Assembly: GCF_009834535.1 (NCBI RefSeq)
Contig: NC_045696.1
Span: 108,254,001 to 108,318,000, forward strand
DNA from: Camelus ferus
Lineage: Eukaryota
Length of the DNA: 64,000 nt
Direction of reading: 5' to 3'
Position numbers and translations under genes: made by a program. Positions 40,238-49,399 of this stretch are shown one piece after another (position 1 is the stretch's first letter; each line of letters starts with the position of its first letter). Below the pieces are notes generated by a model. That model was not told the origin of the DNA. It ran no database searches and worked only from the letters and a program-made list of their open reading frames with translations.

Positions 40238-40794
40238 GTAAGTCTTGCTATGAGTAAGTGAGGCTGGGTGAGGAAGAGGAGCAAGTGACCTTTTCTTATC
40301 TCTGGACTCAGGTCCTATACCTCAATTTGTTTTAATTGCCGAGATTGGATACTTTTATGTATTTTTATTTGCCAGTTAAGGCTCCCTTTATACGCATTGT
40401 CTACTCATGTCCTTTGTCTACTTATCTCTTGGGGTCTTGATTTAAAAAATCGATTTATATGAATTCTTTATGTAGCAGAGATATTAAGCCATTTCTGCAA
40501 TGTTTGCTGCAAAATTCTTTCTCTGTCCGATGTTTGTTTCCTTGGCTTTTGCTATACAGAAGATATGTTTTCTGAGAGTAAAGTTTATACCCATAAATAA
40601 GAAGGGGCATATTTAGCTGTGTGTACCTTTCTCTTATCTTTACATAGCCTATAATATGTTTTCTCAGGCAGTTTAAGTTTTACTCTGGAATGCTTAGATT
40701 AGCAGCCGGGGATGTATTCAGAAGGAAGGAGAAATTGGATCCTTCTGTGACAGGAATGGCTAACGACATTTTCTCCCTGATGAGGCTCGTGGGC

Positions 40795-41385
40795 CACTCT
40801 TCATTTATGCACTCTGAAATATTTATTGAGCATCTACTCTATACCAGGCACCACTGCCTGGGTCCTGGTTTAATGGTCACTGAGATTTAATTGAGGTTTG
40901 ATGAGATGGATGAACCGTACACCATATCAATAAAGTTGAGTATTACCTTAATCACATTCTTAGAGTTATTAACTTTAGGGTCTAGGGAGACAAGTTTGAG
41001 TGAGCAAGACAGATAGAGTCCCTGCCCTCCAGAGGGTCACAGAAGATTGGAAAAGGCAGACAAGTAAAAGACAATTGCAGTGAACTGTGGCAGGAGCTGT
41101 GATGGAAGACAAGGGGTAGGGGCTGGGGGACCTTACAAATATATAGCCGGGCACCCAGCCCAGATTTGAGGGACCAGGGGAAACTTTCTGGAGACAGTGA
41201 TGTCCTAGTTGAGACCTGGAGAACTAGTAAGAATGGCTCAGAGAAGAGGGTTGGAGGTGAGAGTATTTTTGCGAAGGCAAAGTTCCAAGAAGTCCGGGGG
41301 ATGAGAGGAAATGTGTGCATTTGAGAAGCTACTGTTGAGTGTCTCCTAGAGGCAGGGTTTAAGAATGGATCAGATAGTATCATTG
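40795..41385 (-). mobile_element. L2 LINE 3' end, interrupted by a ~110-bp copy of 41964-42079
   Basis: aatatttattgagcatctactctataccaggcac [insert] ...gcaagacagatagagtccctgccctc...gttgagacctgga. Confidence 0.8.
40860..40972 (+). repeat. Dispersed direct repeat A, copy 1 (inserted copy)
   Basis: Core 40891-40972 matches 41998-42079 at 74/82 by hand count, ungapped. Confidence 0.95.
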
Positions 41386-41963
41386 TTACTCCTAGAATTA
41401 TTTGACACCATTCCTTTTTATTCCCCTACCCACTTTGTAAAATATGCCGCCTTTATCACTTACCACTGAAAATGGTGTCAGCTTGAAAATCAAGACACTT
41501 GGCTCCTAGTTCTAGCTCTGCTGTGAGAGAGTGACATGACTTTGGTAAGGTTAAGGTCCCACCCTGGGCCTCTGTCTCCTGTCCTGTGAAATCAGGGACC
41601 AGGTGAGATTGCATTCCAGCAGGACATACTGTGGCCACCTCTACTGTCTTTGAGGTGTGGCTGTTGAGTGGCATTCCATCCTATCTTCTTTGCATCCATC
41701 ATGTCTGTGTCTAATGCTCAAGGGAGATTCTGAACCCTGAGAACACTCTCAAGGAGCCAGAGTTCAAGAAGTAGTTTTTCCCCCAAACCCAGTGAACCAA
41801 ATCCCCTGGCTAGAATCAAAACAGTCTCTACATCCAGCTCCATCCAGTCTTGCCTGATGGGCTGTCAGTTTCCACAGACAGCAGTCGAGCCAATGAGGAA
41901 GAACTCCTGGGGGCTGGACAGTGACTTCCTAGGGGATTCTCTAGGCAGCATCTTGTACGTTAT

Positions 41964-42079
41964 GGGTCCTCCTCAGTTAATATTCATTGAAGTCTCATTG
42001 AGGTTTGATGAGATGGATGAACCATACAATATGTCAATAAAGTTAAGTATTACCCTAACCACATTCTTAAAGTTATTAA
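41964..42079 (+). repeat. Dispersed direct repeat A, copy 2 (probable donor)
   Basis: ttgaggtttgatgagatggatgaacc...tcaataaagtt...cacattctta.agttattaa shared with 40891-40972. Confidence 0.95.
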
Positions 42080-43778
42080 AAATGTCAAGAGCAGGGTGAT
42101 TTATTTGCTCATTCTATGGAAATATTGCAAAGACAGTATGTATAAAAACGTTCAGGGCTTAAATGATAATGATTTATCTCTCTGGCTCCACCTTAAGCTT
42201 AGTGTCAGTGACAATTTCCGACGTTGCACGCTTCTTCGAGGTCTTTGGCCTTTTGACCCCATTTCTGGCCCTAAGAGCAGTGGGAGATTGCATTACCGGC
42301 TTGAGTTCAGGAGCTGATGCAAATTCATCCCCCAACTGTCTCCCATATGTGGATGACGCCAAGCAGCTACCTAAGTTTGACCTTTCACATTTGACATCAT
42401 GGTATCCAAGTATACACCAGGCACTTCAGCAGGATGGATGACCAAATTCTGACACTGAGCCGAGCCCCGAAAAATGTGGTTCCTGCTCTGACGTAGAGTG
42501 TCTCCCAGGAGAATTATAAGTGGTAGCGACTGTGGGAGCACATGGAGGGGTGGGAATTAGAGTTATTTGCTCTGGGAATATGTGTTCGCTTTGCATCACT
42601 CGCATCAGACTTGCAGCAAGGCCTGCTGGGGAGCAGGGCTCCTGGCAGGGCCAGCCTTGGGAGTTTGCCTCCTGGAGCTCAGCCACAGCTTCTCCAGGGA
42701 GGGAGAGATCCTGAGTCTAAGGGTGTGTGTGGGCACTTCCAAGACTGCACCTTCCACAGGGCAGGTCTGCATACCCAGCTTTGCACAGCCACTTTCAAGC
42801 ACCCTGCGCGGAGACACGCCTGGTAAAATACGATCTCGAAGCTTTGTAATAACTCTGTGATTGAAAACCACGTGAAAATGATAACAGTTAACACAAAAAC
42901 CAACCTCGCAAGCTCATGTGCTGCTTTGGTAATTCCTATCTCCCAGTCCCCTTCCTACTTGCTCTTGGGTGCCCATCCTCTCGGGATTTTTGTCCCCTCT
43001 AGACACTGCAGCGGGGAGCTTTGTCTGGGAGAACCTTCACCCCACTCCCCACCCTCCTGCGCGCTGTCCTCCAGCCCTGCTTCCTCAGGACCTTCCCGGC
43101 TGTCCATACCGCTCTCAGCCTCTGGGGGGCACCAGAGCTTGCACTTAGCGAGGTGGATGCTTGAGACAAAAGAGAATTTTGGCTGCCAGTTTGTCTTAAC
43201 ATTGTGTAAAGCCTGTCTTGAGGCAGAGGAGAGGCCGTATACAGACCAGAATCAGTGTGTGCATTGTTCTGGCTGTTGTGATACCGCTAGCTGGGAGCTG
43301 ACGGTGGTCCACGGCCCGAGGTGATGGGAAGCCGGACTCTGGGGACTTCTGCGTCTGAGTCCAGCCCATGGGGACCAGTGGCTGGGAGAAGAGGCCCCTG
43401 GAGTAAGGCCTAACAGGACAGGAGGCTTCTTTCGCTCTTGCCCCTCACCCCCCGGGAGCTGCATTCATCGGAGAAACAAAAGGTGTCAGAGAAACAAGGC
43501 AAGTGAGGATGCTAGGGAGAAACCACCAAAGGAAAGGGGCAGGGAGAGAGAAAGCGTAAAAAACACAAGCTGGGGGCAAAATCAAGCATGAGACAGAAGA
43601 AAGCTAATGTATGGTGATTGTTCTAACCAGTGTTATGGGTTTGGGAGCAAAACAATTTGTAGGACGCAAACTTCCCAAATGTGAGTACTTAATAAAGAAG
43701 AAAACAGAAGGATTGATAATGAGAATTAGGCTAATGAATAAACAAGCTGCTTAAAAAATGGGCTCCTCTCGCAGTCCG

Positions 43779-43823
43779 TTATTTTTAACTTAGTGGTAAT
43801 TTGCATACTAGTTAATTTGCATA
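43779..43823. promoter_or_regulatory. Candidate enhancer core: MEF2 site plus two POU octamers
   Basis: TTATTTTTAA (YTAW4TAR) at 43779-88; ATTTGCAT at 43799-806 and 43815-822, both in TAATTTGCATA context; non-repetitive DNA. Confidence 0.45.
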
Positions 43824-44726
43824 TATTAAATACTGCTCCCCATCTTCTCCTTCCCACCTCCTCCACTTCAGAATAACATTTCATTACGGTGCCACTGGGC
43901 CTGAGGACTCCGAGGCTCTGGAGAGTTTATTAATTTATCCAACCCATGCTGTGTACATTTTTATCACTTGCCACACAGTGGACCCAGTATCTTTGAAGTC
44001 ATTAACGACACGAGGGGTGTTCTGCTTGAGGTATTCAAAAGAGAGTGAGAAAAATCAGTCTGCACAAAGGTACCGCAAACCAGGGAAAGATCATATTTGG
44101 TTTGTGTGTTCTTTCTAGGAAGACAGAAATGAGCAATGGCTGACTCTCTCATCTGCGTCAGAGAACCTCAGTTTTGTTTAATTTTTTTTTTTTAATTTCG
44201 AAGTGAAATAGAACTGATTACCAATGGGGCACAGATGCCCAAAAGGAACCATCCACCCATGACATTTCTCCTCCCCCTGCTGTCCATGGTGGAAGGTGGA
44301 GGAGGGCATGGCTTTTTGGGAGCCTCCATGACTGCTGAAGGGAAGGGTGAACCCTTCAGGAGGGGACCCCCTCCTCTGAGCTCCCTGGACTCACCTCCTC
44401 TGCACTGCCCTCTCCCAGGAGTCCTCCCACTTCTACGCTTTTCCCTCATGGCTTCTAACTGGTGGGAACTTCTAGCTCGAGCTTCTAGTGGCTTAGTCAT
44501 TTGCTCTGTAATGGGTCATGGCACCACCCATGGGACTAGAAGAAAGCCACCCTGCCTACCGGTGACTTTTAAAAAGTGTCCAAGTCTGGCCCACCTGCAT
44601 TAATCCTATTGTCATTTCCAATGCCATCCTATCAGTCTGGCTATTAGACCTCCTTTCTATTGTCCCAGATGCTTAAGCTGAAGAGAAACCTGTGTGTTTG
44701 CTGAGAGCTTGGAGAGTTTTCCCCAA

Positions 44727-44819
44727 GTACCAATGCAAATTTAAATTAAATTAAGTCACTAATTTTTTCAGTCATTCATTCATCAAATATTCATCACATG
44801 CCTACTATGTGCCAGACAT
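44727..44819 (+). repeat. Dispersed direct repeat B, copy 1 (probable donor; unique flank plus L2 tail)
   Basis: Matches 46349-46437 with 10 mismatches and one 4-nt indel over 89 aligned bases (hand count). Confidence 0.93.
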
Positions 44820-45030
44820 CCTAGGCACTGGGGATGCAGAGCCTACATCCTAGTGGGCAAAGACAAGCAATAAACATATAAATGATAAACAAATGATATC
44901 ACCCAAGAGTTATAACTACTAAGAAGAAGAATAAAGAGAATGATGGGCTAGCAAGTAGCAGGAGGGAGGGCATTAGTTAGGGTCATCAGGGACCACATCT
45001 TTAAAGAGGTGACCTTTGAGCTGTGACAAA
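44765..45030 (-). mobile_element. L2 LINE 3' end
   Basis: cattcattcatcaaatatt...cctactatgtgccagac...ctaggcactggggat...gaggtgacctttgagctg. Confidence 0.85.
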
Positions 45031-45324
45031 GGAGAGCTAGAGGAGGCAGAATTTATTCAGGGTTTCATAGCTGTCCTGGTGCTTGGCTTGGTCCTAGATG
45101 TGCTTTTGGCTTAAAGACTTTGCACTTGGCTAAAATAATCTGTCCGTCCCAATGTATTTGCTACCACTCAGTCCCAAAGTGTGGCCTGGTCTCAAGTTCC
45201 GGGCTTGGTGAAGCAGCAGCCCTTGGGACCCTCATGCCATCCAGGTGACCTGTGGTGCAGGTTCAGGTTCCATCTCCAGGAACAATCTGCTTTGGAGAAG
45301 ATGGGGTGAAACACATCAGGCACC

Positions 45325-45860
45325 CTGGATTTGAATCTTACTAGGTTTGTGACTTTGGGTAAGTGACATAACCCCTTTGCACTTTAATCTCCCAATCTGC
45401 AAAGGGGGTATAATACATCTAAAAGGACTGACATGTAATGAAGATTGAATAAATGTGCCCAAGTTTTATTGCCCAGAAAATAAATACACTTTCCATACTC
45501 CGTTATCCAGGAGGATAAGGATCCAGTCGATGAACGGGGAGTGGGGGACTTTTTACGTGGGGTACTCAACATCCAGAGAGGAGAAGGTCACCCCAGAGGA
45601 GTCTCCAAGTTCCTTATTGCTTGTAGTTTCCAAGTCCCTTGTGGCTGGAGTCAAGGAATCCGACAGCCTTGGGTTTGAAACCCAGCTTGCTAACTTGCTA
45701 ACGATATTAACCTTGAGCAATTTAATCTGATTATGACTCATTTTGCTCATTTATAATATGGGGAGAATAATAACATTTACCTTATAAGATGATTATAAGG
45801 ATTAATGAGACAATGCCTCTACAGTGTGTAACACATATATGTTAGCTGCTATATTTAATA
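45325..45860 (+). mobile_element. Two MIR SINEs (~45325-45480 and ~45640-45860)
   Basis: ggatttgaatc...gtgactttgggtaagtgacataacc and gggtttgaaacccagc...ccttgagcaatt...aggattaatgagacaatg. Confidence 0.75.
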
Positions 45861-46348
45861 TTATTTCACTGACCTGGTCTGTTGCAGTAAGTTTGATTCT
45901 CTTGATTAGCAAGAGATTGTTACATTCTTCACATATGGTATTGACTTTTCTTTCTTTTACTTTTCTTTCTTTTTTTTTTTTGGCCAAATTATTCTCAAAC
46001 TGACTGCCACACTGCCACTTCGGTGTAATTTTCTTCATCACCAATGCCTTTATCCCAGTTGAAGCCACTATCTTTCCTTCCTGGGACAATTGTGATGGCC
46101 CTGGCTGGTCCTCTAAGCCCTTCATCACATGGCAGGCAAATCTGTAGAATAGACATCAGCTATCAGCTGGTTTCCATTGACTCCAAAAATAAAATTTCAA
46201 TTCCTTTCTTGGGCCTGTAAGGCTTCAGTTGGCAGGTCCCTTGCTTATGTCTCCAACCTTAGCTGCACTCACTTTCCTCTGTTCCTGCCATACTCCAGCC
46301 ACACTGGCCTTCTCTCTGTTCTTAAACATGCCAACCTCATTTCCCTAT

Positions 46349-46437
46349 GTACCAATGTGAATTTAAGTTAAATTAACTAATTTATTCAGTCGTTCATTCA
46401 TCAAATATTTATCGAATGTCTACCATGTGCCAGACAT
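46349..46437 (+). repeat. Dispersed direct repeat B, copy 2 (inserted copy)
   Basis: Interrupts L2 between ctcatttccc and gccttaaggtctt. Confidence 0.93.
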
Positions 46438-46509
46438 AGCCTTAAGGTCTTCAGGTATGTCATTTCCTCTCCTTGAAATGCCCCTCCCTCTGTGCTTTGC
46501 TTGGCTGGT

Positions 46510-46933
46510 ATATCAGTGAGGGATTTCATTTAACCCCCAAATAACAGTAAATTTTGATTATAGTGACTTCAATACGTACAAGGGCTTTTGTTTGTTTCTT
46601 TTGTTGTTCAGTTAGAAGTCTGGAAAATGTAGTATTGGTCATTGCTCAAAAACATGATAGTCAAGGTCCTTGAGATTTTGTTTTGGCTTTTTCCTCATGG
46701 TTATAAGAAGGCTGCCATAGCACCAAGAATCCTATCCATATTTCAGATAGGAAGAAGGAGCTGAGGGGAAGCAAAAGGGGCAGTACTTATATTTAGGGGA
46801 AGAACAGTTTTCCCTAAACCCTAGCTTATATCTCATTGGCCAGAACACTGTCACACTGGCTAGCCCTTGCTACCAAGAAGGCTGGGATAGAGTGGTTTAG
46901 CTAGGTACCCTGTGCTGTGTGCCCCACTGCTCA

Positions 46934-46973
<40 letters not shown>

Positions 46974-47073
46974 ATGGCTGAGAACTTTTAGTTGGATACA
47001 TCATGGCCCTAAACAAAGTAAGAAAGAAGTGGAGAAGTATTAGGTAAACAACTAACTAGTGGTGCCTGCCACA
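46510..47073 (-). mobile_element. Old MaLR LTR (MLT1J/K-like) containing an A36 tract
   Basis: cctcatggttataagaaggctgccatagcacca...tatatctcattggccagaac...ctgccaca. Confidence 0.75.
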
Positions 47074-48459
47074 GCTGGCCTCTAACTTTTTAGTTCTTTA
47101 CTTGAGCCATTTCCTCCTCAGAGAAGCCTTCTCTGAACACCTTATCTAAATATCACTTCTCTCCCATCATCATTCTCTGCCCTTCCTGTTTGCTTCATAG
47201 TGCTTTTTATGAGGTAGTTGTTTAATTCTTGGTCTACATGTTTATCCTGTATCTCACTAGAGGGCAGGGGAGCAACTTTTCTTGTCTTCCAATTGAATTC
47301 CTAGAACCCAGCTGAGAGCTGAGTATGTAGAGGTCTCTCAGGAAATTACTCATGTGATGAATGAGTGAATCATTTAATAAATGAATATGGGATACCTCTA
47401 AGGATGTTGGAAAAGTTCTCTGTTCCTTTCCCAGGCTACCCAAATCCGGGGGGGAGGGGGGCCCAGATGGAATTGCTAAATAGAACTGAACACAGTAAGC
47501 TAATGTTAAGAGTGACTTTGTCAAATTAGCAAACAGCTGAATGTCTAGAAGATAAATTACTGGGTTCTCACTCTCACATGTTATCACCAGCACTCAGCTC
47601 ACATGGGTTGCGAATTTCAGTAGTTGGGGTGAGTCGGATGTGGCAAGTTGTAGAGATGTTCTGAATAACGTAGGAGACGTGGAGTCTAAGCTCAGAGCCA
47701 TCCTTTGAGAGTGTTAGCTGTTCAAATTCCCCACAGTTGGGTGGGGAACGTGCTATACAATGACCATGTTTTTCCTTCTCCTCAAAAAATCAAACAAAAC
47801 CACAATGGATCACTTAGTGTTATATGTACTAACGGATCAAATTCTCAAAACGATACAAAGAAAGAAGCTGTGGTCCAGGGAAGTTAATGGTTAGGAGAGG
47901 TGATGGAGCCTGGGCTAGTAGGTGGTGGAGCAGCCCAGCTCCAGAGCGCATACTGTCAGCCAATATCACATTATAGTGCTCGCTATTTTAATTTAATGCA
48001 GGATTTGTTTAGGGCAAATTGGCGATACTAGATAGAATCCTATATTGTAACGGATGGACCTATGACTCTTCTCTGAGTGTCAGCCATTGGGCAAAAGTGG
48101 AGAAAATGACTGGTGTGTTACAGCAGAGGCAAGGGACAAACTGGACAACAGGGAGTAGGAACGGTTCTGCAGGAGCCTGTACCAGACCCTCCATCCACTT
48201 CCAGCCCTTGGATCTGTAATTGAAGCGTTATCACCCAGACCTTAATTTCAGGGCCAGTTTCCCTGCATTGCTCTAATCCATCTTTTCTAAAGGCTTGTTA
48301 ATATTGCTAATCAAAGCCCGGCTTTGTGGAGGGACAAATTTTTGCTGAGTGTTGCTGCAAAGCAAACCATTGGAAGGATGAAATTCTACAATTAATTTAA
48401 GAATGAGTGTAGGATATAAGCCTGGTAGAGTCTGACTTCTCAAATCAGAAAAAACCTCC

Positions 48460-48650
48460 ACGAAGACAGAGTGGGCTATGGGGTCCTGCAGAGCCGAGTT
48501 CAAATCCTGACTCTGCAACTTGCCAGCAGGTTACTTAACCCTCTGAATCTCAGTTTCCTCCCATTTAAAAGGGAGTAATAGAAATAACTAAACCTTAGGT
48601 GAGGAATGCATGTGATCACGTGTGTCAGAAGCCTGACGCAGACACAGTGA
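48460..48650 (+). mobile_element. MIR SINE
   Basis: gagttcaaatcctgactctgc...gttacttaaccctctgaatctcagtttcctcccatttaaaaggg. Confidence 0.8.
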
Positions 48651-49253
48651 CAGTCGCAGAGCAGGGTTCCACCTGTGCTGACTCCTTTCCCCTCCCCTCT
48701 CAGATGCCATCTGCTTCGCTCAGTGCCCCTCTCTGATAAATCTTTACAAAGGAGACTCCTGTTTCGCAGTAGCTTCAGGAAGGAGATTTGATGAGCACCC
48801 TTGGTCACCCATCCTGCTGTCATTAGCATCCCTAATTTTCTAGCTTTCAATAAAGCACTGGGCTCAGCGGGGAGCCTCACAGCTGAATGAACGAGCAGGA
48901 CTGGGGAGGAGGGCACGCAAGCAAGGGCCAGAGAGAAACCAAAAAGGTTGGTTAAGAAGACCCTTGAGAAAAACTGGAGATACTGAAACCACTCAGCCTG
49001 AACCTACAGGCCTGGCTGAAAGGATTTATGAACAGTCCTAGGGCTGTGTGTGCAGTGCAGGCACTGGTCAGGGGCCAGAAGGTGCCGGCGTGAGTAGGAC
49101 GACCATGAAGACAGCCCTCAGTGCAAGAGAGGGCGGGTCAGAGCTGCCGCCACAGTGCTGATGGCCCTCGGGGTACGTGTCTTGTGTCCTGGCTGGGTCT
49201 TGGCTCAGAACACTCAGATCCTAGAAGCCCACTCACCTCACAGCTTCTTCTTC

Positions 49254-49398
49254 TTTTTTTTTTAATTAATTTTTTTTTTTAATTTTGGGAGAGGTAATCA
49301 GGTTTAGTTTTTTTTTTTTTTAATGGAGATACTGGGGATTGAACCCAGGACCTTATGCATGCTAAATACACACTCTACCACTGAGCTGTACCCTCCCC
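49254..49398 (-). mobile_element. tRNA-derived SINE, camelid Vic-1 type
   Basis: Reverse strand ggggagggtacagctcagtggtagagtgtgtatttagcatgcataaggtcctgggttcaatccccagtatctcca with Pol III A and B boxes, then A-rich tail containing aaacctgattacctc. Confidence 0.88.
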
Positions 49399-49399
49399 A

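Larger units (their letters stand above)
45985..47385 (+). mobile_element. L2 LINE, interrupted by direct repeat B copy 2 and an MLT1 LTR
   Basis: ctccagccacactggccttct...; resumes 47075 with cctcctcagagaagccttctctga; ends gatgaatgagtgaat. Confidence 0.8.

Noticed and set aside
42163..42441. ORF with YLSG...VGDCI...YVDD, faintly like a LINE RT
   Set aside because: No PQGS motif and spacing does not fit; needs a profile-HMM (RVT_1/Dfam) hit to be believed
49325..49398. tRNA gene
   Set aside because: Degenerate stems with SINE tail and poly-A; it is a SINE head
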